Part shown: piece by piece, positions 44,930 to 54,414 of the stretch
Position numbering within the stretch: the first letter of the stretch is position 1
Layout: each line of letters opens with the position of its first letter
Origin: an uncultured delta proteobacterium
GTDB taxonomy: Bacteria > Desulfobacterota > WTBG01 > CAIYCZ01
DNA: 64,000 nt
Direction of reading: 5' to 3'
NCBI GenBank assembly: GCA_963803975.1
Contig: CAWDOY010000054.1
Location: 127,607-191,606 of the forward strand
Notes under the pieces: generated by a model
Database searches by the model: none
Seen by the model: only the letters and a program-made list of their open reading frames with translations
What the model was told of the DNA's origin: nothing
Position numbers and translations under genes: made by a program

Positions 44930-45613
44930 ATGGTTATCGCAGAAGTAAAACCAATAGCAGAAATAATGGAATTAATCAGACCGTATAAAAAGGTTTTAAA
45001 TACCGGGTGCGGGGGCTGTGTCGCGGTCTGCCTGGGCGGGGGCCAGAAAGAGGTGGATACGCTCAACACCCGGATTGAACTGACCTGCCGGGAGCAGAAG
45101 ATTCCCCTTGAGATCAGCGGCTTTACGGTGGAGCGCCAGTGCGACATGCAGTTTAACGCCGAGCTTGACCAGATGGTGGGGCCGTATGATGCGCTGCTCT
45201 CCATGGCCTGCGGAGCCGGCATCCAGTTTCTTGCCGAGCGCTATCCGACTAAGCCGGTACTGCCCGCAGTGAACACCACCTTTGTCGGCGTCAACAAAGA
45301 AATCGGCTGGTACGAAGAGCGCTGCCAGTCCTGCGGCGACTGCGTGCTGGGCGTAACCGGCGGCATCTGCCCGGTCACCATGTGCGCCAAGTCCCTGTTC
45401 AACGGCCCCTGCGGCGGCCCCCAGGACGGCCACTGCGAGGTGGACAAGGATACGCCCTGCGCCTGGATACAGATCCATGACCGGCTGAAAGCCCAGGGCA
45501 GGCTGGAAAATATCCTGAAGGTATTCCCCGCGCGCGAGTGGCAGAACCAGGTTCAGGGCAAGCTGCTGCTGGAGGAGTACCGGAGCAGGTATGTAAAGGA
45601 AGCAAAAAGGTAG
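44930..45613 (+). CDS. metV: MetV (MTHFR-associated Cys-rich subunit), copy 1
   Basis: GCGGCVAVC.GGG, ERQC, ACGAG, CQSCGDC..TGGICP..CAKSLFNGPCGG..CE..CAW. Confidence 0.9.
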   Translation: MVIAEVKPIAEIMELIRPYKKVLNTGCGGCVAVCLGGGQKEVDTLNTRIELTCREQKIPLEISGFTVERQCDMQFNAELDQMVGPYDALLSMACGAGIQFLAERYPTKPVLPAVNTTFVGVNKEIGWYEERCQSCGDCVLGVTGGICPVTMCAKSLFNGPCGGPQDGHCEVDKDTPCAWIQIHDRLKAQGRLENILKVFPAREWQNQVQGKLLLEEYRSRYVKEAKR

Positions 45614-45718
45614 ATATGATAACAAGAGGACTGAAGATGCAGGAACGAAGCACGATGGCAAATAGCTGTCAGTGTGCTTTATCTACTGCGTGCTACGATC
45701 ACGAGGGAAGCAAGTATT

Positions 45719-46648
45719 ATGAAAGCAGGAAGCAATTTAGAAAAGGTTCTCAGTGCCGGGCATTTCGCGGTGACCGGCGAGCTCGGGCCGCCCCGCGGCG
45801 CTGACGCTGCCGCGGTCAGGGAAAAGACCCAGTACCTGAAAGGCATGGTTGACGCTGTCAACATCACCGACAACCAGACCGCTGTGGTCAGGATGGCGAG
45901 CTGGGCGGCATCCCTCATCCTCATCCAGGAGGGGCTTGAGCCGAACTACCAGATGGTGTGCCGGGACCGGAACCGGCTGGCGATGCAGGCCGACGTCCTC
46001 GGCGCCTATGCTCTCGGCATCAAAAACATGCTCTGCCTGTCAGGGGACCATCAGAAGTTCGGTGACCACCCTAAAAGCAAAAAAGTGTTTGACATAGATT
46101 CCATGCAGCTCATCAGCATGGTGAAGAAGATGCGGGATGAAAAAAAATTCCAGGGCGGGGAAGAGATAACCGTGCCGCCGCAGATGTTCATCGGCGCAGC
46201 GGAAAACCCGTTCGGCGAGCCCTATGAATTCAGGGTGCTGCGGCTTGCAAAAAAGATAGAAGCAGGCGCGGACTTCATCCAGACCCAGTGCATTTATAAT
46301 ATGGACCGGTTCCGAACCTGGGTCAGGCAGTCGGTGGACATGGGACTTACGGAAAAGATTTATATCCTGGCGGGGGTCACCCCCTTCAAGAGCGTGGGCA
46401 TGGCAAAGTACATGCAGAAAAATGTGCCGGGCCTTGATGTTCCCGACGCGCTGATAAAGCGCCTCGAAGGCGTTGACAAGAAGGACCAGGCCAAAGAGGG
46501 CATTGCCATGTGCTGCGAGCAGATCCAGGAATTCAGGGAAATGAAAGGCGTGGCCGGCGTGCACATTATGGCCATTGAGTGGGAAAAGCGGGTCCCGGAG
46601 ATTGTGGAGAAGGCCAAGCTTCTGCCGCGGCCGAAGATGGAAGGGTAA
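45719..46648 (+). CDS. metF: Methylene-THF reductase MetF, copy 1
   Basis: FAVTGELGPP, NITDNQ, CRDRNRLAMQ, CLSGDH, GADFIQTQ, GVHIMA. Confidence 0.92.
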   Translation: MKAGSNLEKVLSAGHFAVTGELGPPRGADAAAVREKTQYLKGMVDAVNITDNQTAVVRMASWAASLILIQEGLEPNYQMVCRDRNRLAMQADVLGAYALGIKNMLCLSGDHQKFGDHPKSKKVFDIDSMQLISMVKKMRDEKKFQGGEEITVPPQMFIGAAENPFGEPYEFRVLRLAKKIEAGADFIQTQCIYNMDRFRTWVRQSVDMGLTEKIYILAGVTPFKSVGMAKYMQKNVPGLDVPDALIKRLEGVDKKDQAKEGIAMCCEQIQEFREMKGVAGVHIMAIEWEKRVPEIVEKAKLLPRPKMEG

Positions 46649-46799
46649 AGGATTCAAGGGTCCAAGGGGTCAAGCCGGGGTGGACAGTGCGAGGCCGATA
46701 ACGAGTCTTGAGACACTGTTCACGAGCCCATAACCCCCATGCGCTCAATGAGTCATCAATATAAAATTTGGGAAAGTCCAGTAACAAAACCTTTTGAAC

Positions 46800-48637
46800 A
46801 TGAATAAAAAGCTGCTGACAATTTTCCTGTTATTTTGTTGTCTGCTCTGCAGCCTGATAATCCGGGATGCAGGTGCGCTGCAGAGAAGAATGCAGCCTCT
46901 GCGCAGAAACCGCCTCTCGGCCAGGACCTCCACGCTGCGATACTGGCAGGGGACGTTTACCCCGCTGAACAGCCGATCTATGTTTCAATTTCAGCGGTGT
47001 TTCAGGATCTGAAGCGGCCCCCGGTCAGATTTTATCATGACCGGCACGCCCGGGCTCTCGGGGCTGATGGCTGCGAGGCATGCCATCCCCGGGATGCTGC
47101 CGGGAAAATTATCTACAGCTTTCCCATCAAAGAAAACACCCGGTCAGCAGAGACGCTGATGAACTCCTATCACAATGCCTGCATCGGCTGCCACAATAAG
47201 CGCAGGATTGAGGGGAAGTCTTCCGGCGCGGTAACCTGCGGGGAATGCCACGCCGAGGTTACGGGTTATCACAGCATTGAATACCTGCCGCGCATGCCTG
47301 AGTATTATGAGCCGCTGCGCGACACCTATCACCGCGACTGCATCGCCTGCCACAAGGACCCGGCCAAAACAGCCCATGATGCAACAAAGCTTGACTGGAA
47401 AAGTTTCTACATCAGGGAAAACTACCGGCTTGAGACTTCATGGCCGAAAGTGGTGATGGACTATAAGCTTCACTACCGGCATGAGCAGGCGCTGGAAAGA
47501 AAATGCGAGCTCTGCCACCGCACCCCCAGCGGGGAGGAAGGCATAATGGTATATGTAAAGGGCACCGAGTCCTCGTGCCGCGACTGCCATAAAGATAAGG
47601 ACGCGGACAACCAGCTCTCCTACCGGCACCTGTCTCATGACGAATGCATCGGCTGCCACCTTGAGCGGCACCAGGAAAAGAAAAAGGCCGGGCCGTTTTA
47701 CTGCAGCGAATGCCATACCGGTATTGAGAGCAGCACTGAAGAGCTGCTCTACATCCCCCGCGAGGAGCGCAATCAGCCGCAGCAGGTGCTCATTGCAGAC
47801 GCGGGAGCGCGGATGCAGGGCGTGCCCTTTGACCACCAGCTCCACGAGTTACAGACCACCACCTGCCAGGCATGCCACCATGACACGCTGGAGAAGTGCA
47901 GCGCCTGCCACACGCAGCAGGGGAGCCTTGAGGGTGACTGGGTGCCCCTGGCAGAGGCGTATCACGAGAGAACTTCTTCCTGGAGCTGTGTCGGCTGCCA
48001 TGAGACGAAGAAGCAGGCGCCGGACTGCGCCGGATGCCACAGCCAGATGAAGCCCGAGCTGAGCGAGTCATCATGCCTGACCTGTCACAGCGGCTCACTG
48101 GAAGCGGTCAGCGGCTTTGTTCCGCTGCCGGACACAACCCTTCCTGACATGGAAGAGCTGTCCGGAGAGCTTGCGTTTACGCTCGCTGGATTTACCTGGC
48201 TGCGGCTTGAAATGCCGAAGATCAGCGCTCCTGAAGCACTGCTGCCGGACAAGACGCAGGAGAAGCTGCAGGTCGCGCTGCTGGAAAAATCCTATGACCC
48301 GTCGGAATTCCCACACCTGAAAATTTTAAAAAAGCTGACTGATATTTCCAACAACAACAAGCTGTCCCGCTATTACCATGCAGAAGAGACCACCCTGTGC
48401 GCGGGCTGCCATCACCTGGGGCCGCTTGAGGTGAAGAAGACTCCGCCAGCGTGCAGCTCCTGCCACACCCGCAAGAATGTCCCGGAGAAACAGACCCCGA
48501 CCCTGCTGGGCGCCTATCACCGCCAGTGCCTGGGCTGTCACAAGGCAATGGGCGGGGAGGAGAAGGAAAAACCCCAGACCTGCGTTGGGTGCCACAAGGA
48601 GAAACCTGCCGCGGCAGCGCAGGCAGCGGCCCGGTAG
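46800..48637 (+). CDS. hmcA: High-molecular-weight multiheme cytochrome c3-family protein (HmcA-like), 17 CxxCH; frameshift after the signal peptide (about 46880)
   Basis: Signal peptide MNKKLLTIFLLF.. in an adjacent frame; RPPVRFYHDRH, VPFDHQLH and EFPHLKI cytochrome c3-type segments; 17 CxxCH counted by eye. Confidence 0.85.
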
Positions 48638-48653
48638 GACCGGGAACACATCT

Positions 48654-49583
48654 ATGATACACACCAGACGCACATTTTTAAAACAGTTCTCTGGAACCGC
48701 CGGAATGCTCCTGCTGGGAAGCAGGGCGCGGGCCGAGGATCCCTCTTCTCAGGACCGCACCGATGGTTTCGGGGTGCTGGTGGACACAACCCTGTGCGTC
48801 GGCTGCCGGAGCTGTGAGCAGGCCTGCAGCGAGGTGAATACGGACCTGCCCCGCAAGACCCTCGCGCATTTCAAGGATCTATCGATACTGGAAGAGAAGC
48901 GCCGGATGGATTTTTCCACCTACACGGTGGTGAACCGCTATTATAATACTATACCGGAAGCAGACCAGCAGCCGGTGTTTGCAAAATTCCAGTGCATGCA
49001 TTGCCTGCGGCCGGCCTGTAAGTCCGCCTGCATCGTGGGCGCCTTCAGCAGCGAGTCAACCGGCGCGGTGCAGTACGACTCCTGGAAGTGCATCGGCTGC
49101 CGCTACTGCATGGCGGCATGCCCGTTTCAGGTGCCGGCCTATGAGTACCGCAACGCGTTCACCCCGAAGGTGCGGAAGTGCACCTTCTGTCAGCCGCGCA
49201 TCAGTGCCGGAGAACTGCCGGCCTGCGTGCAGGCATGTCCCATGGAGGTTATGACCTTTGGCCCGCGGGAAGAGCTGCTCAGTGATGCGCGGGCAAAGCT
49301 TGCCGCCCATCCTGAACGCTATGTCCAGCACATTTACGGGGAGAGTGAAGTGGGCGGGACCTCCTGGCTCTACCTGTCGAGCATCCCGTTCGAGCAGATC
49401 GGGCTGCCCAAACTCGGCTATCACCCGACGCCGGGCTATACCGAGCCCATCCAGCACGCGATCTTTAAATATTTCCTGCCGCCGCTCGGGCTCTATTCGC
49501 TGCTCGGCGGCCTCATGTGGTTTTTCAACAAGCGGCAGAAAAAAACTGAGACACCCGATTTCAGGGGACTGCACACATCATGA
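48654..49583 (+). CDS. hmcB: Tat-exported 4x[4Fe-4S] protein with a C-terminal TM (HmcB/HybA-like)
   Basis: TRRTFLK Tat motif; CVGCRSCEQAC, CMHC..PAC..AC, CIGCRYCMAACP, KCTFC..PACVQACP; IYGESEVGGTSWLYL. Confidence 0.85.
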   Translation: MIHTRRTFLKQFSGTAGMLLLGSRARAEDPSSQDRTDGFGVLVDTTLCVGCRSCEQACSEVNTDLPRKTLAHFKDLSILEEKRRMDFSTYTVVNRYYNTIPEADQQPVFAKFQCMHCLRPACKSACIVGAFSSESTGAVQYDSWKCIGCRYCMAACPFQVPAYEYRNAFTPKVRKCTFCQPRISAGELPACVQACPMEVMTFGPREELLSDARAKLAAHPERYVQHIYGESEVGGTSWLYLSSIPFEQIGLPKLGYHPTPGYTEPIQHAIFKYFLPPLGLYSLLGGLMWFFNKRQKKTETPDFRGLHTS

Positions 49584-50800
49584 GCGCTCATGAAAACGCT
49601 GCTCCAATTGACACGCCGTTTTTCACCAGGGGCGTACTGCTTCTCTGCGCGGTCATGGTGACCGGAATCGGCTTCGGGCTGTACCGCATGCTGTTCAGCC
49701 TGGCGGCGGTCACCAACCTGAATGACCAGTATCCCCTGGGCCTGTGGATCGGCATTGACGTGGCAAGCGGCGTGGCACTTGCTGCCGGCGGCTTCACCAC
49801 CGGCGCCCTGGTCTATATTTTCAACCGCGAGCATTTCCACGCCATAATCCGCCCGGCGCTGCTCACCGCGATGTTCGGCTACACCTTTGTGGCCATCGGG
49901 CTGTTATTTGACCTTGGCCGCTGGTACAATGTCTGGCACCCGGTCATCCCCTTCATGTGGCAGGGAAATTCGGTGCTGTTTGAAGTGGGCATCTGCGTGG
50001 TAATATATTTAAACGTGCTCTACATCGAGTTTGTCCCCATTGTCACTGAGCGGTTTATCGGCAGGGTGAACCTGCCCGGGTTCCTCGCGCGGCTGAATGA
50101 TCCGGTGGATTTGCTGCTCAGGTTCATGGATTATTTTCTGGGGAAAATAATGTTTCTGTTTATCATTGCCGGCGTGGTGCTGTCGTGCCTGCATCAGTCA
50201 TCCCTGGGCACGCTCATGGTGATTGCCCCGTACAAGCTGCACCCGCTCTACTTTTCGCTCCTGTCGCCGCTGTTCTTTCTTTCATCAGCCATGGCCGTGG
50301 GATTCCCCATGGTGATATTCGAGTCATTGCTTGCAGCGCGCTCCTTCGGCCGCAAGCCGGAGATGCATGTCCTCACGCCGCTGGCCCGCTACATTCCCTG
50401 GATCATGGGGATTTACATTGCCCTGAAAATCGGCGACATGCTGTACCGCGGCACCTATGTGTATCTCTTTGAAAACACGCTGCCGGTCGGCATGTTCTGG
50501 ATTGAATTCGGGCTGCTGACAATGCTGCCGTTCTTTCTGTTTTTATCTCCCGATGTCAGGCGCTCGCCCGGCTGGCTGTTTACCGCAGCGCTCATGTATA
50601 TCTGCGGCGTCATCCTGAACCGCAGCACGGTCTTCTTTATTGCCTATCAGCCCGTATATGGTGAAAATGCCTATATCCCAGCTCTTGGAGAATTTGCCCT
50701 CACCATCGGCCTGATCGCTGCCCTGATGATTGTCTATCGTATTTTTGTTACGCTCTTGCCGGTGCTCCCGCTGAAAGATGCTGAACATGGTGGGCATTAA
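49580..50800 (+). CDS. hmcC: NrfD/HybB-family membrane subunit (HmcC-like)
   Basis: TNLNDQYPLGLWIGIDV..GVALAAGGF, RPALLT, DLGR, SVLFEV, LHQSSLG. Confidence 0.88.
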   Translation: MSAHENAAPIDTPFFTRGVLLLCAVMVTGIGFGLYRMLFSLAAVTNLNDQYPLGLWIGIDVASGVALAAGGFTTGALVYIFNREHFHAIIRPALLTAMFGYTFVAIGLLFDLGRWYNVWHPVIPFMWQGNSVLFEVGICVVIYLNVLYIEFVPIVTERFIGRVNLPGFLARLNDPVDLLLRFMDYFLGKIMFLFIIAGVVLSCLHQSSLGTLMVIAPYKLHPLYFSLLSPLFFLSSAMAVGFPMVIFESLLAARSFGRKPEMHVLTPLARYIPWIMGIYIALKIGDMLYRGTYVYLFENTLPVGMFWIEFGLLTMLPFFLFLSPDVRRSPGWLFTAALMYICGVILNRSTVFFIAYQPVYGENAYIPALGEFALTIGLIAALMIVYRIFVTLLPVLPLKDAEHGGH

Positions 50801-51016
50801 TTAAGAGGCCGCACGCTCCTTCCCGCATACCTGTCCTGTTTTACCCGGAAACCCTGCCATCTCGACATGAAATACCTGCATGCGCTCATTGTAAAATATA
50901 TGTAAATTTGCCTGCGGGTCTCTTTTATTTTATTTTCTAAAGTGTTATAGAGTATTGGTCTTGCTCATTGCGCCAGACCGCGCGTGAGAAAAAATGTGAA
51001 AGAACGGATAGTTGCT

Positions 51017-52928
51017 ATGGTACCAAAGATTGAACACGGAAAGAAGATAACTGCCGCGGTGCTGGTTGTTGGTGCCGGCATTGCAGGCATGCAGGCGGCG
51101 CTGGACCTGGCAGAAGCGGGTTTTAAAGTCTATCTGGTGGAGAATGAAGCGCCCGGCCGGAAGCGGTCAGCCAAAGGCGGCGCTGCCGCGCGTGGTTTTC
51201 TTTGCAGCATCTCTTCAAAGCTGCTCGCGGTACAACTGAACAATAATATAGAGCTGATTGAAAAAGCCCGCATTGAAGGCATAGACGGCGTTGCGGGGAA
51301 TTTTCAGGTATTGCTCGGCAGTGCAGCGCCTTCATCGGTCAAAGACAAAGCCGCTGCAACAAAAAAGAACGCGGCTGAAAAACTGCGCAGCATCGCAGCG
51401 GGAGCAGTCATTTTTGCACCGGGATTTAATTCTCTGGCAGCGCCATCAGGATACGATTTTCAAGCAGAGCTGCAGGCGCATGCTGAAAAGCATGGTTTCA
51501 GCATCGCTGGTACAACGATGATAACGGAAAAAGAGCAGCTTCCCCTTGCTACCTCACGGCCGGGTATTTTTGCGGCCGGCGGAAGCGGGGCGCCTGCGGT
51601 CAGGGACGCTCTCATCCAAGGCAGCTGCGCCGCAGCACTGGCCGCGGAACTGCTTTCCCCGGCTCGCGGCGCGCTGGTACGCGAAAAAAAATATCCCGCG
51701 GAAATGAGCGTTGCGGCAGACGAGCCCTCCATCGGCATTTTTATCTGCAGGCATATGCTGTCCGTGAAAAAGGCAGCTGAAGGTATTATTGCGGGCGCAC
51801 AGAAGATGAGCGCGGTGGTTCATGCTGAAGCGCTGCCGGAACTCTGCTCGCTGGCAAGTCTACAAGCGGGTGCAGGAGGCCATTGAAGAACAGGGCCTCA
51901 ACCGGGTGGTCGCCGTAACCTGCAACCCGGAAGCGCATGCACCGCTCTACCAGGAAGCCCTGGCTGAGGCAGGACTTAACCGCTATCTGCTGGAGATGCC
52001 GGACCGTGTATCCGCGGGGCACGCTTTGGATGTTCTTCGTATGGCGGTTGCCCGAACGCGGAAGCTTGAGCCGCTTAAAGAAGTAACAAGCGACGTGGTG
52101 CAGAGCGGGCTGGTCATCGGCAGCGGGGTGTCGGCGTTGACCGCTGCGCTTTCACTTGCCAACCAGGGCTTTGAGATTTACCTGGTGGAGCAGGGACCGT
52201 CTGATGGTTCTGACGCAGCGCGCAGCCTGCAGAAGAAGGTTGCAGGGCAGAATAAGATAAAAATATTTTCTCATGCACTCATAACCAGTTTTGCCGGCCA
52301 TCCGGGAAGCTATGTCACGACTATTACGGTGAACGGGGCGGCAGAGGTACTCAAGCACGGCATTGTCATTATCGAGACGAGCCAGGCGCGTGATACGCTT
52401 GCCGCGCTCTTGAAAATTCCCGTGGCGGCAGACGGCAGCTATGTGCAGCCGTCTGCATTGCAACCGCTTGACCTTGCCTGCGGCGGCATGTTCGCCTGCG
52501 GCAACGGGGATGTGAGTAATAGCATTATTCAGGGACTTGCGGCAGCAGCGCGCGCGGCAACAATTCTTGCAAAGCGGGAGCTGGTGCTCAGCAGCATTGT
52601 CGCCGTGGTAGATCCAGAACGCTGTGTAGCCTGCCTCACCTGCGTCCGGGAGTGCCCCTACCATGCGCCGGCAATTTCAGAGGAGCGGGTTTCCTTCATT
52701 GAACCTGCTGAATGCCGGGGCTGCGGAATCTGCGTCAGCGCGTGCCCGCGCAGGGCCATAGAGCTTAAGCATTGCACTGACGAACAGATACTGGCGGAAC
52801 TTGCGGCTTGCATGGATGCCGGAACTGCTGATATTCAATCTGAAACTCAGGAACTCACGATAGAGAAAATAAAAACTTTCCTGATTTTTGAGTTCCAGAT
52901 TATAATTATATTCTTTGAGAAAACATAG
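51017..52928 (+). CDS. Degenerate HdrA-like flavoprotein (two Rossmann modules plus C-terminal ferredoxin), frameshift near 51860
   Basis: VLVVGAGIAGMQAALDLA; TSRPGIFAAG; IGIFIC; LNRVVAVTC.P; GLNRYLLE; CVACLTCVRECP/CRGCGICVSACP. Confidence 0.7.
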
Positions 52929-52992
52929 AGAAAATCTCTGTGTGCTCTGTGGTTAAGTATTGATAAGACCTCCGGAGCTGAATGGAGATTTC

Positions 52993-53410
52993 ATGAAAAA
53001 ATTTGAACCGACTGTTATCGCATTTTCCTGCATGTTCTGCGCAGGCTGCGAACCGGCAGATGCCAAACCTGAAAAGTCAATGAAGGCTGCGCAGCTGAGG
53101 GTTATACGCCTTCACTGCCTGGGAAAAATTAATTCCATGCATGTGCTCAAAGCTTTTGAAAACGGGGCTGACGCGGTGCTGGTGGCGGGAGGTGCGTGCC
53201 GGTTTATGGAAGGCCTGGCAGTTGCGCAGAAACAGATCGAGTATACCCGGAAGCTTCTTGAAGAGCTTGGCATCGAGCCGCAGCGGCTGGAGCTGGCGGC
53301 CGGTGAGCCGGACAGCGGGAAGCACATTTACCGAAGCTGCGGAAGGAATTATAAAGCGGGTTCGCGCATTGGGCCCAAACCCGCTCATGAAGGCGAAAAA
53401 AGCAGCATAA
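52993..53410 (+). CDS. mvhD: MvhD/FlpD-like [2Fe-2S] protein, divergent, frameshift near 53310
   Basis: FEPTVIAFSC, RVIRLHCLGKI, AFENGADAVLVAG, LLEELGIEPQRL; LGPNPL in the second frame. Confidence 0.78.
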
Positions 53411-53585
53411 AAGCTGGTAGCCTCAGAGCTCACAGAGGATACTCAGTGAACTCAATAAATATTTGAGCAGAATGTTTCACTAAGGAACACATTTTCAGAG
53501 ACGGCTGAGCGGTTGTAAACAGTATTTTAATTATTTTACACAGAATTCTCAGTGCTCTCGGTGGTTCTACAAGGGAGAAGTAATC

Positions 53586-54254
53586 ATGATAGTTGCCCAG
53601 CGAAAAGGCATAGAAGAAGTGAAAAAGATGGTGGAGGGGAAATCCCGGATCCTGATAGCCGGCTGCGGAACCTGCGTTGCGGTGTGCATGGCGGGCGGCG
53701 AGCGCGAGGTAAGCATTCTGGCGAGCATGCTGCGCATGGCAGTGAAGCTTGACAGCGGCAGGGACATTGAGGTCGCCGAGATAACCATGGAGCGCCAGTG
53801 CGACCGGGAGTTCATAGAGCCCTTTGACAAGCAGATGAGGGAATACGACGCGGTCATCTCCACTGCCTGCGGTATCGGCGTCCAGTTTCTCGCGGATTTT
53901 CTTGGGGATATACCGGTGGTGCCCGGCGTGAATACAAAGTTTTTAGGCTCCAATGAAGGCGGCGGCACCTGGTTTGAGCGCTGCAGGGCATGCGGGGAGT
54001 GCGTGCTGGGAGAAACAGGCGGCATCTGCCCCATTACCATCTGCGCAAAGAACCTGCTCAACGGGCCGTGCGGCGGCACCAACAAGGGCAAGTGCGAGGT
54101 TGACAAGGACAAGGACTGCGCCTGGACCCTCATCTACCGGCGTCTGGAAAAGCTTGGCGCGCTTGACAATATCCGGAAGATATTTCCGCCGAAAAATTAT
54201 CACGCGCAGACGCACCCGTCACGAATGATTCATGAAGCGTACAAAAAGGATTAG
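53586..54254 (+). CDS. metV: MetV, copy 2
   Basis: GCGTCVAVCMAGG, ERQC, ACGIG, CRACGEC..GGICP..CAKNLLNGPCGG..CE..CAW. Confidence 0.9.
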   Translation: MIVAQRKGIEEVKKMVEGKSRILIAGCGTCVAVCMAGGEREVSILASMLRMAVKLDSGRDIEVAEITMERQCDREFIEPFDKQMREYDAVISTACGIGVQFLADFLGDIPVVPGVNTKFLGSNEGGGTWFERCRACGECVLGETGGICPITICAKNLLNGPCGGTNKGKCEVDKDKDCAWTLIYRRLEKLGALDNIRKIFPPKNYHAQTHPSRMIHEAYKKD

Positions 54255-54272
54255 ATAAAGGGTTTTAATTAT

Positions 54273-54397
54273 ACGACACAGTAAAAAGATCCAGAGGCAA
54301 GGCGCGCAAATCCGAGGGAATGAGGCGTATCTAAACGATACGCTGCAATGACTGAGGATGCAGCGGAACGCGGCATATGGACTTTTTACAAAGTCGT
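54273..54397. mobile_element. MITE-like element, copy 3 (inverted orientation, different terminal IRs)
   Basis: IR acgacacagtaaaaag / ctttttacaaagtcgt; reverse complement contains cgcctcattcc..ggatttgcgcgccttgcctctggatctttt, shared with copies 1 and 2. Confidence 0.65.
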
Positions 54398-54414
54398 CAG
54401 GAAGAGGAAAAGAA

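Noticed and set aside
52993..53410. Selenocysteine-containing MvhD/HdrA
   Set aside because: No in-frame TGA is visible at the conserved Cys positions
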